Counted from the first letter of the stretch, positions 34,204 to 46,130 are shown. The stretch is DNA of 64,000 nucleotides from an uncultured Nitrososphaeraceae archaeon (GCA_963825865.1 CAWGVG010000060.1:96001-160000); one strand, 5' to 3'. Translations and numbers: made by a program. Notes: generated by a model from the sequence alone, not told the origin.

Positions 34204-34880
34204 AACGGCCGCTAATTATTAATTTTAAAAACTATCTTGAAGTTTCTGCAATTAAAACACTAAAACTTGCAATAGCAGCTCAGAAAGTTGCCGACAGATT
34301 GAAAGCAGAAATTGTTCTGGCTCCGCCGCAACCTTCTATCGGTCTGGTAATAGAGAAAGTCAACATCCCTGTCATTTGCCAACATGTTGATGATGCTGAA
34401 TTGGGTTCAACCACAGGATATTTTATTCCTGAGATAGCTAAATCTTATGGAGCCTCAGGTTCGCTGATAAACCATAGTGAACACAGATTATCCATTAATA
34501 CTATTCCCAGCTTGATTCAGCGTTTACGACAGTTAAATATGACCTCCATAGTTTGTGCTCGAACAACCGCGGAGGTTGTAGAAATCGCAAAATTGGCGCC
34601 TGACTTTATTGCCATCGAACCTCCAGAGTTAATAGGTTCGGGAAAAGCAGTGTCTAGAGAATCTCCATCAATTATTACAGACTCTATAAAATCAGCAGCA
34701 AAATATTCAAAATCTACGAAAGTAATTTGCGGCGCTGGAATAGTAGAAAGAGACGACGTTAGTAATGCAATTCAACTTGGAGCTGAAGGTATTTTAGTTG
34801 CAAGCGGTATAATAAAGGCAAGTTCCTGGTATGAAAAAATATTAGACCTTAGCTCAGGATTCAATACCTCTAAAGAGTAA
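34200..34880 (+). CDS. tpiA: Triosephosphate isomerase (archaeal type)
   Basis: INFKNY, INHSEH, IAIEPPELIGSG, CGAGI, GILVASG. Confidence 0.96.
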   Translation: MKRPLIINFKNYLEVSAIKTLKLAIAAQKVADRLKAEIVLAPPQPSIGLVIEKVNIPVICQHVDDAELGSTTGYFIPEIAKSYGASGSLINHSEHRLSINTIPSLIQRLRQLNMTSIVCARTTAEVVEIAKLAPDFIAIEPPELIGSGKAVSRESPSIITDSIKSAAKYSKSTKVICGAGIVERDDVSNAIQLGAEGILVASGIIKASSWYEKILDLSSGFNTSKE

Positions 34881-35032
34881 CATGGAACTGGTATTAATGG
34901 ACATTTTTGGGAATTAAGAAAAGCATTATTGCAGGAAAGAAAGGACACTTATACTCCAATCCATGGATATAGTTAGAGTAACATACTTCAATGATATAAA
35001 TCATTTTATAAAATATACTCAATTAAAACGTA

Positions 35033-35689
35033 ATGGACACCAGGATATTGAGAGTCTTATCTAGATTGGAAGATCAATCAAACCTCGAACGACTAGAGCA
35101 TGTTCCTTCAGAAAACATGTTACTTGCAATTACATCAGATACAGGTATGCTTTTTAACATTATGCTCAAAGCCATGAGAGCAAATAAGATTTTAGAAATA
35201 GGCACCTCCGCTGGTTATTCCACACTTTGGTTTGCAGACGCAGTATTGCAAAACAATATCATAAATAAATCAGAAATAGAAAAACGTATAATCACAATAG
35301 AAATGAACCATTCAAAGGTTGGTATTGCAAACAAAAATTTTTATGATGCGGGAGTTAATGAAATAATAGATATAATTGAAGGCCGAGCTAAAGAAGTTTT
35401 GTCCAGGCTGCTAGCAAACTATCAAAATAATATTTGCATCAACAATACTGATAATTTATTTGATTTTGTTTTCATTGATGCAGATAAAGAAAACTTGATG
35501 GATTATTTTGATTTGATTATACCAATGGTAAAAATAGGTGGAATTATCGCTACCGACAATATGTTGTATCCAGAAAACTATCGGCCGCAGATGACTAAAT
35601 ACGCCAACTATGTAAGAAACAAGAATAACATTGAGTCTGTAACAGTACCTGTTGGCAATGGCGAAGAAATCACAATCAAACTAGCATAA
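35033..35689 (+). CDS. Class I SAM-dependent O-methyltransferase (TrmR/CCoAOMT-like)
   Basis: ILEIGTSAGYSTLW, FDFVFIDADK, GGIIATDN. Confidence 0.9.
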   Translation: MDTRILRVLSRLEDQSNLERLEHVPSENMLLAITSDTGMLFNIMLKAMRANKILEIGTSAGYSTLWFADAVLQNNIINKSEIEKRIITIEMNHSKVGIANKNFYDAGVNEIIDIIEGRAKEVLSRLLANYQNNICINNTDNLFDFVFIDADKENLMDYFDLIIPMVKIGGIIATDNMLYPENYRPQMTKYANYVRNKNNIESVTVPVGNGEEITIKLA

Positions 35690-35908
35690 TAAAGATGTCG
35701 AGAATGTGATGTGTTACAATATAATCTCGATCGGAGTAATGCAAGCGAAACTATGTCAAGTCATTTTACCGCCTGTATCTCGTACCTCTTTGTTTATAGT
35801 TGATCATTATTCGACATCGAAAGAGATAAGTTAAGTAGTGAGTCCATACAAGGAGTATATGAATTGATTACGACAGATGATAGATGATTTATCAATGATT
35901 AAAATTAT

Positions 35909-36658
35909 CTAGGACGACTTTTTCATGAGTTCTTGTTTCTTTTGTAAGTATTCGGATTCTAAAATTATGCCTTGTTCCCTCAGTTTTTGGAGTTCAGATA
36001 ATTCATCTGCAATCAATTCCTGTTTAGCCGAAGGATAATCAGACCCTTTATCTTTTACAATCGGTTGTTTAATATATCCTATAATTTTCTGAAGATTTCC
36101 CTTCGAAAGGGCATACATATATTCATCATCTCTACTTACTTTATACTTAAGAACTAGTACAATACCTCCGATAAATCCAAGGGTACCAACAACAATTAAT
36201 AGAACACCTGTGAATATCCCACCCAATGCACTCATGTTAGGTTTTTCATTAACACCTAGCATTGGAAGATATCCAAGTATCGAATCGACTTTCACTTGTT
36301 CAGTTCCTTGATTCGTAATTAATAGATTATATCTTCCCTGAACTTGTGGATTAAAATTGGTGACGAGATCCTGACTGAAAGTAGAAGTGGATACTGTTGA
36401 TCCATGAGGATCCTTAACAACGGCACTGAGCGGAATATTGGGTGGGTCTGATTTCAAGACGATGTACATGGTGGGTCCAACATCGACCACATTAAATGGT
36501 GCGATTTTTGATACTCCAGGATTAATTATTCCATTAGTTACTATTATATTCTGGCTAAGAAAAGGTTGCGCTGCGTTTATGCCAGAAGATGCAGTAAAGA
36601 AAATTCCTACTACTATTATAGCAGAACTTAAAATTAATACGAAATTTCCAAGCCGCAT
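35909..36658 (-). CDS. Membrane protein with extracellular beta domain and C-terminal SHOCT-like motif
   Basis: Two hydrophobic segments; ADELSELQKLREQGIILESEYLQKKQELM. Confidence 0.8.
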   Translation of the reverse strand: MRLGNFVLILSSAIIVVGIFFTASSGINAAQPFLSQNIIVTNGIINPGVSKIAPFNVVDVGPTMYIVLKSDPPNIPLSAVVKDPHGSTVSTSTFSQDLVTNFNPQVQGRYNLLITNQGTEQVKVDSILGYLPMLGVNEKPNMSALGGIFTGVLLIVVGTLGFIGGIVLVLKYKVSRDDEYMYALSKGNLQKIIGYIKQPIVKDKGSDYPSAKQELIADELSELQKLREQGIILESEYLQKKQELMKKSS

Positions 36659-36877
36659 TACAAATACATCTCTGTATCTAATCAGGACGTATGTTTTTAT
36701 TAGTATCAACGTTTAACAGTTTTGGTCTGATAGAGTAAAACTTTTGTTGTGGTACCGATGGGCATAGATAAATCAAATTGGTAATATCATGTTATGGAAG
36801 ATGCGTGGAATGTGCTCTTTTTAATATTAGTGCAAGACTCTAAATATTTATACAACGCCATTTGCAGATAGATAATA

Positions 36878-37705
36878 TTGTCACAAGCTCCTGCAGGAAC
36901 TTTTTTTCCCCGTAGTACATTACAAAAAAAAATTATTAGTCTTGCTATAAAGACATTTTTACTTGTAGCTGCAACATGGATTGGTTTGTCTATATCCAGT
37001 GGGGTAGTGGAAACATACTTTGAAATTAAGAATCTGCATCTTCAACAAATTAGTAGTAGCATTGCTACTATTGCGATCTCATTTATAATAATTACTACCG
37101 TTAGGCGGTTACTACAAAAGACGACTCCGAGGATAGGTGTTCATTTATCAGCAAGTATATCTTTCTTTATAGCTGTAATTATTTCTTTGATTGCAGTCAT
37201 CATTTTAATGTATCAGTGGAATATCGACCCTCAATCCATAATTGTTGGAGGAGGAGTAGCGGCAATAATTCTTGGTATAGGTATATCCACAATAGTTGGA
37301 AACATGCTTTCTGCTGGGCTAATGTTAACCACATTTCCAGCTAGAATCGGCGATTCAATATACATAGTTAACGACAAAATACGGGGGAAGATAGAGGAAA
37401 TAAACTTCATTTATACGAAGATAATGACGGATACAGGGACTGAATATGTGGTTCCAAATAATGCCATCGTGCAAGGGAATGTTAGAATTACAAAAGATAA
37501 CTCCATTTATGATGAACGGTTACCTTTTGTAGAAGGCGATTATATAGAGATAACTAATTCATCAAATGTATATCGTGGAGCTGTTAGCAAGATCACCGCA
37601 AATTTCACTATTATATTCAACAATGAGAATAAAGATGAAGTCATTATGGCAAATAGTGCAATTTTATCGGGTCAGTTTATCATAACAAAAAAGAAACAGG
37701 TCTGA
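36878..37705 (+). CDS. mscS: Small-conductance mechanosensitive channel family protein
   Basis: TM helices, GGGVAAIILGIG..VGNMLSAG, PARIGDSI, GKIEEI..YTKI, VPNN. Confidence 0.88.
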   Translation: MSQAPAGTFFPRSTLQKKIISLAIKTFLLVAATWIGLSISSGVVETYFEIKNLHLQQISSSIATIAISFIIITTVRRLLQKTTPRIGVHLSASISFFIAVIISLIAVIILMYQWNIDPQSIIVGGGVAAIILGIGISTIVGNMLSAGLMLTTFPARIGDSIYIVNDKIRGKIEEINFIYTKIMTDTGTEYVVPNNAIVQGNVRITKDNSIYDERLPFVEGDYIEITNSSNVYRGAVSKITANFTIIFNNENKDEVIMANSAILSGQFIITKKKQV

Positions 37706-37812
37706 AAGAGTTAAACGGTCAAGATATTATTTTAAATCAAAAAAAGCAATTTTAAAATGTGACGATACTATATCTGATAAGAAAAACTCATCTTATTACA
37801 AAAGAATGAATC

Positions 37813-38673
37813 CTACTTCCTCCGCACTAAAGCGTCTCCAGCAATTACTCTATAGATATTATTATCAGATTTTTTAACAAGTAATGCTCCATCACTGTCG
37901 ATGTCTATGGCGGTACCTTCAAAGGACTCATTTTGTTGTTCCACAAAGACTAGGTTATTTAAAGTCTCAGATCTCTCTCTACATTTTTGCATAATGCTCC
38001 TTGCAAAATTTTCCTCTAATTGAGTGTAATAATATTCCAATTTTTCTAAAAGCATCTGAGTAAGATCGGTTATGTTAACATTTTTGCCAGATAGCTCCTT
38101 TTTTAATGATGTAATTTTTAAAGTTCCGGGTTTTGGACAAATATTATTACTAACATACCTGATGATTTTGGAAACATTGACATTTGCATTTATTCCAATC
38201 CCTATCACGACATACTCTATATTATCATTATCTATGCTTATATCTGCTAGAGTACCAGAGACTTTCCTTCCTTCAATGACAATGTCGTTAGGCCATTTTA
38301 TTTTAGAATTCAAGTTTGTCTTTTGGTTTATTGTATCACATACTGCAAGAGCAGCGATAATAGGTAGAAGAGTGGCTTGAGCCGCTTTTATTTTTGGTTT
38401 TAGGATTACCGATAACCACACACCTCCTTTTGGTGAAATCCATTTTCTATCGATCCTTCCCTTTCCGTTTCTTTGTCTTTCTGCTATGATTACTGTGCCA
38501 TGTACATTTTCTAATTTTTTTTTGACTAGTGATATTGCTAAATCTTGGGTAGAACCTACCTCCTTGTAAAAATGAATTATTTTAGCAATAAACAACGTAT
38601 GTAAGCATTTCATCAGCTCCTTTGGAAATTGGGATTGGCTTGGACATACAATTGTGTGGTCGATACCTTTCAT
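37813..38673 (-). CDS. birA: Biotin--protein ligase
   Basis: STQD, AERQRNGKGRIDRKWISPKGG, KWPNDI..RKVSG, GIGIN, IDSDGALL. Confidence 0.93.
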   Translation of the reverse strand: MKGIDHTIVCPSQSQFPKELMKCLHTLFIAKIIHFYKEVGSTQDLAISLVKKKLENVHGTVIIAERQRNGKGRIDRKWISPKGGVWLSVILKPKIKAAQATLLPIIAALAVCDTINQKTNLNSKIKWPNDIVIEGRKVSGTLADISIDNDNIEYVVIGIGINANVNVSKIIRYVSNNICPKPGTLKITSLKKELSGKNVNITDLTQMLLEKLEYYYTQLEENFARSIMQKCRERSETLNNLVFVEQQNESFEGTAIDIDSDGALLVKKSDNNIYRVIAGDALVRRK

Positions 38674-38879
38674 GACTCTAAGATTGTGTATTGGAATATT
38701 CGATATAAGGATAAAAGAATAGTCTCCTAATAAAAACGAATTCTGCAGACAAGCACGAGGTCATTTTATAATACCTTTTGATTTACGCTTGTAACACCAC
38801 TTATCATTCATAATGATCTGAAGATCAACGGTATGGCAGATAGGATCTTTTTAATATCAACACTACAAAGACCCTTTGT

Positions 38880-39360
38880 CATATATAGACATTATTCCAA
38901 ACCATTTTTGCTAATTTCAAAAGAGCTTCTGAAAGAGGTCGAGTTGTGCTATAAACGATAAGTGTATGATCCCCTGTTTTTTGATCTGGCCAAAATTCTC
39001 CTGGACAGTATTTACAAGTAGCATAATGGAAGTTATATTCACTTAAAATTGCAAAACCATTGTTTGGAAACTCGTCGGTGTAATAACCAAGCCAGCCAGG
39101 ATGAGATCCACCAACATTATCCAGATTATTTGCTTGAATTTCATCCTCTTTCAGGATATAAAATCAATTTGTTCGGTGTTGTCAGGTATTGCTTTGGAAA
39201 AGGTGCGAATTAATCTTTAGTGCCTTTTTCTTTGATCTTGCTTCATGAACTTCGAGGCATATATGATAATGTCTTTCATCTCTTGGAACTTACCGATGGC
39301 GTCTTACCGGTTCCAACTTCGATGTGCATTTTAGAGATAAACTCTGTTTCCTATTTTGTA
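38880..39360 (-). pseudogene. Decayed gene remnant of unknown family
   Basis: Start-less open stretch YILKEDEIQANNLDNVGGSHPGWLGYYTDEFPNNGFAILSEYNFHYATCKYCPGEFWPDQKTGD...; upstream continuation has several in-frame stops. Confidence 0.4.
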
Positions 39361-39795
39361 TTGCATTTCATTCACGTAATATGCTGTATGCAATCCTAGA
39401 GAAGATAGTTTGCACCCCATACAAGTATTCATTGAACACGTCAACGTGTACTCTACGTAAGATAATATTCATATGGCATAAACCAAGTAAAAAAATATTT
39501 ATAAATTTTAATTGAAGCGTATATTTTTAATCTACGGCAAAAAATCTCTCAGCATATGTGATATTTAGAGCTACAATTACTTGTCATAATCATGAAAATA
39601 AATATCCCACAGCGAATTGACACCTTGGCAAATCAACAACAATAGGAGTTTATAGGTATGATAAATATCATTACTCAATATCATTACTTGCATTATTATT
39701 GTCCTAGATCTTATAAACAATTTGAAATTACAAATAAAATTTTTTTGGATTGTTATACTGTTGTCTCAAATAGGGGCCTTTCATTACCCGTAACG

Positions 39796-40134
39796 TTACC
39801 CCGTAATATCAATGGTTGTGCTCTGCCTATATCTCCTCTTGATCTCTGCATAATTATATATATTGTCAAAGTCTGCAGAAGCTCTCATTTTATGTACTCT
39901 TGGAGCATAATTATACAATCCATGGTAGTATATGTTGCTATCATAGTTTTTCCTTGACTGCTCGTCAGAAAGGACCTCATAAGCTTCAACGATCTGCATA
40001 AATTTTTGCTTTGATTCTTCGGAGTTTTTATTTCTATCCGGATGATATTTTAACGCTAAATTACGAAAAGACCTTTTAATTTCTGCTTCTGAAGCAGTGC
40101 TAGTAACTTCTAGTATCTGGTAGTAATTCGTCAC
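39796..40134 (-). CDS. DnaJ (J-domain) protein
   Basis: [46 protein letters not shown]. Confidence 0.92.
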   Translation of the reverse strand: MTNYYQILEVTSTASEAEIKRSFRNLALKYHPDRNKNSEESKQKFMQIVEAYEVLSDEQSRKNYDSNIYYHGLYNYAPRVHKMRASADFDNIYNYAEIKRRYRQSTTIDITG

Positions 40135-40588
40135 TTTTGGTATATATCACATCAAGGTAACCAAGTATAATCATAAGAGGTTATACTTGTTATCGTTTTT
40201 GTCTAAAAATATACTCTACTGCATAAATAACATATTTATTCAACTTGTGTTTTGTGTGCTATACTATAATAACTGCATATACAAGATAACTGTTTTTAAT
40301 TAAAGATCCGATATCTCTGATGTTTATACAACGGCAGAAACAAAAGTTGAATTTTGTTTATGGAAGTTTCAAGAATTGACTACATAAACAAAAGCTCGTG
40401 GATATAGTAAAGATATTTACGACAATACTTTATAGCCGTTCGAGTCAGGAGATCTGAAGCTCATGAAACATGTCTTGTTGAATTAAACAGCAATTTTAGG
40501 CAGGCATAAAATATTTCACAACATATTTTTACTTCTATTTCCGTTCGTTGGTAACGTTATTCCCTCTATTTCTAACTGGTTAGATTCA

Positions 40589-41936
40589 TCAAACGGAATT
40601 TATTAGATGCTGACCAAGATTTACACAGCTTATGACTGTTTCTGAGGAATTTTTTAGAAGGTTGGATTTCTTACTTGATATATATAGTGCTAATCCTTCT
40701 TCAGTTATAGGATCCGCAGGTCTTCCATGAGAACCTTTGATCAAAGGTGGAAAGAGCGGTATTGAGTTGGTTTTTGGATCTGCGAACAACTCAACAGGAT
40801 CATAGCCTGGTTTTCGGTGTATATCAACAGTTCTTGCAAAATTAGGAGCTTTTTCAGCATCATACCACCAATAGTAGCTGAACCACTTATCTCTGTCTGA
40901 TATTGCAATGATTTCGCCACTGCGTTCATGGTCAATATTTAACCTATTTTTCTGTTCACTACCATATACAACCTTGTCGATACCCTCGATATTTTCCAGA
41001 ACTCTTTTACTTTGATTCATAAAACCCTCCTTGACATAAATATGTGCTATCTGATGATCTACCATAGCAAACGCCTTACTGCACTCAAAATCTATGTATT
41101 CCTTATTATTTATTGTACGTACCGCGAGAAGACCCGCATCTCTAAGCTTTAGATTTAATGGAATAGCATCATTAACATCGTTGAATGCGTATTCCGAGAG
41201 AATAATTATTCTGGTTTCGTCTTTGATTCCCAACTCTGCCGTCTTCTGAATTATCTTTTGGACCAGATCGTCAGCTTTTTTTAAATCTTCTTTTACCTGG
41301 CAACTGTTCTTGCCAAATCTTTGAACTGAATAGTCAAGATGTGGTATATATGTAAGCATCAAATTGGGACGTTTTTTCTCTAATGTATATTCTGGCAGCC
41401 TGGACAATCCATTCACTTGATTTTGGAGATGCAAATGGACCCCAGTAGCTTGCAAGATTAAACTCTCCTAATTTCTGTTTTATTTCTTCATAATATCCTA
41501 CTGGCTTTGAATAACACCACATCACCATTCCATTATCCATATGAAGAGGCCTAGGAGTAATGACAATATCTGATTTAGCATACATTGTGTTTTGCCAGAA
41601 TAATACCGCCGTTTTAATTGAAGGAGATGACGATGAATCGTTTCGTTCTATTATATCCCAGATTCTATCTGTTTGTACTAAAGCATTTGACTGTTCCCAA
41701 AAGGAAATAGTGTAATTGTTTCTATCATAGAATCCATTAGATATTATGCCGTGCTGGTTTGGATACTTACCGGATAGTATGCTCGCTTGTACTGTGCATG
41801 TTACGGCTGGAAATACAGGCTCCATTTTCGCACTTTCCCCAGTATTTGCAATCTTAGATATATTCGGAACGAGACCTGAATCCAAATGGTCATATTCCAA
41901 TCCTACAACATCCAAAACTATAGTATATTTTACCAT
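40589..41936 (-). CDS. Alkaline phosphatase superfamily/nucleotide pyrophosphatase, EboF-like; frameshift near 41395
   Basis: VLDVVGL, PVFPAVTCTVQAS, HGIISNG, YWGP, YIPHLDY, AFAMVDHQIAHIY, VDIHRKPGYDPVELF, KGSHG. Confidence 0.88.
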
Positions 41937-41974
41937 TAATCTTACTTTATCTTAATATTGTCATTAATAGTATG

Positions 41975-42829
41975 CTAAGGTTTCCATGTAAATCGAGGTG
42001 ATTGCTTAAAGAAATCATAAGCATTATAGAAAGTGACCTTTTCGATATCGCTCAAGCTAAATGATCCTCCTGCCCCTTTTCTCATGTCTCTAGCTACCAT
42101 CGGAACACTAAGTGGATCGGAAATACCCCAGTCAGCAGCGCTGTTTACCATGATACGTTCTGTTCCATGCTTTTTTATTATATTCATTGCTCTTTCTGGC
42201 GAAAGTTTTGTAATAGGATATACTGAAAGACCAGCCCACATTCCCAATTCAAGTGTCTTCCCAATAGTCTCCTCTGTATTGTGATCTATTAGTATTTTAT
42301 TTCTGTTGTAATTTTTACCATTTTCAGTGTATAGAAGAATATGTTCAATTCTTTTCATCCCTTCTAGCTTATTATTATGAGGTAGATGAATCATCATTAG
42401 CATATTTTTTTCCATAGCTATATTCATTTGTTTAACAAAGACTTCCTCTTCTAAATCATTAATCAGGTTATATCCTATTTCTCCAACAGCAACTACTCGC
42501 TCTTTATCAAGATAACCATTCTTTACCATAGATGCCATTGCATCTGTTGCCAATGGTCGTGTAGTTGCTTCTTTTGGATTTACAGAAATACAGACAAAAT
42601 GCTCTATCCCAAAACTCTTTGCTCTTTTAGTCTCAAAACCTATCATATGCTCCCAATAATCTTCGAAGGTACCAACAAAAGTTCGTGGGCCACCAAGCCA
42701 AAATGAAGGTTGAACTATAACTTCAATCCCTGCTTTGGACATCGCTTCATAATCATCCGTCGTACGAGAGTACATATGAATATGTGGATCAAATATTCTG
42801 GTCATGAGAACTGTTATCTTCTCGTTCAT
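41975..42829 (-). CDS. TatD-family metallohydrolase, EboB-like
   Basis: RIFDPHIHMYSRTTDDYEAM, PSFWLG, VGEIG, IHLPH, IDHN, NSAADWGISDPLSVP. Confidence 0.88.
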   Translation of the reverse strand: MNEKITVLMTRIFDPHIHMYSRTTDDYEAMSKAGIEVIVQPSFWLGGPRTFVGTFEDYWEHMIGFETKRAKSFGIEHFVCISVNPKEATTRPLATDAMASMVKNGYLDKERVVAVGEIGYNLINDLEEEVFVKQMNIAMEKNMLMMIHLPHNNKLEGMKRIEHILLYTENGKNYNRNKILIDHNTEETIGKTLELGMWAGLSVYPITKLSPERAMNIIKKHGTERIMVNSAADWGISDPLSVPMVARDMRKGAGGSFSLSDIEKVTFYNAYDFFKQSPRFTWKP

Positions 42830-43001
42830 AGTGATAAGTTAAGCCTAATAATATGAATGTACATGATTCACGTCTAATTGATATTCCTAAAAGTTGCTCT
42901 AGATATATTTTATCGTCAGAGTAGCAACTCCTACCATCCACCCTCTGAGAGGAAGGGTTGTAATTCATATTGATATATGGCGATAAGAGAAAAGGCTCGA
43001 G

Positions 43002-43145
43002 TTAGGCTTTGGATTTCAGCCATAACTCTATAGCTTCTGATATTGAATTAGTCAGATTACCTTTCTTCATGCCATAGCGTTTGAATATTGCTTCTCTAAA
43101 CCTCTTCTCTAAATCCTCATCTAATGCTACTAAGATTTTACCCAA
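43002..43145 (-). CDS. 47-aa ribbon-helix-helix (CopG/Arc-like) DNA-binding protein (absent from ORF track)
   Basis: MGKILVALDEDLEKRFREAIFKRYGMKKGNLTNSISEAIELWLKSKA: beta strand then two helices ending EAI..W; TATATATC upstream. Confidence 0.8.
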   Translation of the reverse strand: MGKILVALDEDLEKRFREAIFKRYGMKKGNLTNSISEAIELWLKSKA

Positions 43146-43486
43146 TTGTATCTATGTTAAATACAAAAGGGACAGATATATAGATATATGATAGATACTG
43201 CGGTTAATGTCCAGAGATTCGATGCTATCCCGTAACTGACCACCATAGCAGAGAATAGCAGCAGTTCGTTGATCCAAGGCAATGCGGGTCGACCTAGGCT
43301 ACATTCCCTAATTAGCCGTAATCGTAACTTAAAGTCATGTAAAATGATTCGATCACCATAGAAATATGCTTAAAAATCGTGTCTTACTATGGAACTAACA
43401 TTATAAATTAATCAACATGGAGCTAAATTCATAGACAACTATGATCTGATTCCTTTATATATTCTATAATATATTTTTATATTCTT

Positions 43487-43852
43487 ATGGATTTTACAGG
43501 AATTTGTGAATTTGTCTTCGCATTGCATGAGGACATACGTTATGCAGGCGTGATAGATGACGCGGGAATATTAATTGCAGGAGGCATGCGTAAAGGACTT
43601 GCTTCCATGACAGAAAAGGATAACGATCATCTTTATTTAACACAGACAGCTCTCCGAAAATCAATGAGAGAAAAATTTGATAACACTATGGGCAAAGCAC
43701 GGTTTGCCTATATACAGCGAGAAAAGATTGCGATGCTAACCTTTTACATGGATAGAAACATACTCATAGTATCTATAGAGCCAAATGTTGATTCACATAC
43801 TATCGTGGATATCGCGACGGATACATTAGAACTGTTGGATGGAAAGGGCTGA
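43487..43852 (+). CDS. Thaumarchaeal DUF6659-like protein
   Basis: ICEFVFALHEDIRYAGVID..G..IAGGMRKG, MREKFDNTMGKARFAYIQREKI. Confidence 0.75.
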   Translation: MDFTGICEFVFALHEDIRYAGVIDDAGILIAGGMRKGLASMTEKDNDHLYLTQTALRKSMREKFDNTMGKARFAYIQREKIAMLTFYMDRNILIVSIEPNVDSHTIVDIATDTLELLDGKG

Positions 43853-44166
43853 TGCTCATTCCTTTACAGAAAACTAATACAATTAACTTCAAAAAAAGAT
43901 AGCAGTTTTGAAAAGAAAAAACTGGTTTATGTTGCCGCGCCTGAATAAGGATTCTTACTCCAGAAGCTTTGATATTTCATTAACTGGCAATTTTGATTAA
44001 GATATCTAAAAAATTGTGCTTGCGATTGAATATTCCTATCACCAAGACTAATACTCGTCAAGTCTTTACTCATGTAAACGAAAATTAAAGCTTACTTCTA
44101 TTCTTGGTAAAGTTGATAGGTATGACCCATGTAGATTCTATGACGAGATTGGTCAATTCTAGGAAA

Positions 44167-44337
44167 ATGAAATTGGAAATTGAAATCGAAGTTGATATAC
44201 CACTTGATATTATGGAGGATAAAAAAAGAATGAAGGCTGTGGAGGATGGTCTAGGACGAAGTATTTCCAAAGGTCTATACGAACAAGGAGTCTCATTCAA
44301 GATAAATAAAATCCATTCTGAAAGTCGTGACATATAG
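44167..44337 (+). CDS. Small hypothetical protein
   Basis: MKLEIEIEVDIPLDIMEDKKRMKAVEDGLGRSISKGLYEQGVSFKINKI; protein-like beta-alpha-beta pattern. Confidence 0.65.
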   Translation: MKLEIEIEVDIPLDIMEDKKRMKAVEDGLGRSISKGLYEQGVSFKINKIHSESRDI

Positions 44338-45012
44338 TTATCTCATTTCCTTTACTCGATAGTTGAGGAACAAATGTTTTTCAAACAATTGATCTACTTA
44401 TGATGACCTGGACCTGTCTAATTTCAAATCAAATAATCCATTTTCATGAAAACAATTGCTTAACTAAGAATTTGGCAAGATTACACGATAATCTTGGTAT
44501 GAATTTAACCCTTCATATAATCTGGTAAGGCAATGGATTTTAGTTTGTTCTCGTGCATCTCACTTTACTTTATAAATTCTTAAGTTACTTGGTCAAGCAA
44601 GAAGAATTTACGATAACGAATTCAAGAAATTAGGTAAAAATTTCGTAAATTTAACCATGTCTATAATGGCAATTAGTAGTCAGTACTCTGGATTGAAAGG
44701 CTCTTGCAAACTATAATAATTAATTTTCGAAAAGCGTGCAGCCCTTCCAATCCTTCTTTTTATCAATTTGCTTATATCTGAATTCAGCTAGACTTTCACC
44801 TCATAGCTCCACCAAAGATATTGAAGTAATATTCTTTCGTATAATATATAAAGTATAACTTGGCGCTATCAACAAGTGATAATATGAACCTATAATTATG
44901 TCTAAGACATTAAATTTAAAAGACAATCGGATTCTTGTTTTAACATAAACGATACTGGTAATGGAATAGATTCGAAACTACATTACTCTGTAATAAGCAA
45001 AGTAATGGAATT

Positions 45013-45644
45013 TTGAAAGATGGCCAGTATTGTATTTTGAATGACAGAACTGATCTTGTTTCTAGTCCACCGCCAGAATATTCGATATCGCTGTCACCTG
45101 CTTCTTTAACTGGCATGCGGCCAGGTGATGAAAAGAATGTTGAAGTTCAAGTAAAATCAAATTCAACTCTTCCTTTCGATCTGACTCTTTCTGCAATAGA
45201 GAAAGATCTTGAACTAACATTTAACCCAAATAAGACAGCTGGAGTTCCTGGCGGAATAACTACTTCAAATCTTCATATCAAGGTTCAACCTGATGCAACG
45301 GTAGAAAAACAGCATACCTTTCCTATAAATGCTGATATCAATCTCAGACCAACTTTCAATCCTACTAATGCATCCGTTGCTAATATAACGAAGATTTCAG
45401 ATTTTACAGTAAATGTAGCCCCTCCTTTAGATTGGAAACAGCAAATTAACGAAGCATGGAGTGGTTTGGATCTGCTATAAATGGATTTATAGGATTGATG
45501 GCTGCAATTATTGGTATTAGTGGGATCATAGGGGGATTCTTTTTAAGAAAATTAAAGAAAGAAAAAGATGAGTCGGTAATATTGTTGCCTCTCGTCCAGC
45601 CTATTGCTATAAGAGTCATACCATTTTTACAATTTACTAGATGA
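45013..45644 (+). pseudogene. C-terminal fragment of a cell-surface protein (Ig-like domain plus TM anchor), 5' truncated, frameshift near 45465
   Basis: PPPEYSISLSPASL..RPGDEKNVEVQVKS; C-terminal hydrophobic helix followed by RKLKK. Confidence 0.6.
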
Positions 45645-45692
45645 AGTTCTTACAATCGCAACCGTATCCATCTGTACAAACCAGTTTTTCCT

Positions 45693-46130
45693 TTATGTAC
45701 AGTAACTCTGCTCTCTAAGTCCAGTCACTAGTCCTAGTCTGGATATAAAACCGATCTCCCCGGGTAGCTCGAAAATTATCTGCACTTTCTCTTCTACAAA
45801 TTGTGGACTGACAAGGTATATGCGATCTTTCATATCGAGATCTCTATTGAGATCATATCTTTCGATAATCTCCCTGATTAACTGAATGACTTCTCTATTG
45901 TTATATTTCCTATAATAATAATCACCAAGCCTTTTTATCGCTTGGAGGATCCAAGATCTTTTGTGTGGGGCCAGTTTTAGCAACTGAACATCTGGGTTTG
46001 TATTAAAAAAAATTGTAGCATATTTATCAAAATAATTTACATAAGATTTTGCCGTATGATCAGAATATCTTTCTTTTAGATACTTGAGGAAATCAGTAGG
46101 AATAGCAAAAAGGATCAGTAGTTTTCAAAT
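45693..46130 (-). mobile_element. Truncated tyrosine recombinase/integrase remnant
   Basis: PTDFLKYLKERYSDHTAKSYVNYFDKY core-binding-like region and LGLVTGLRE box I; frame ends before box II and the catalytic Tyr. Confidence 0.65.
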
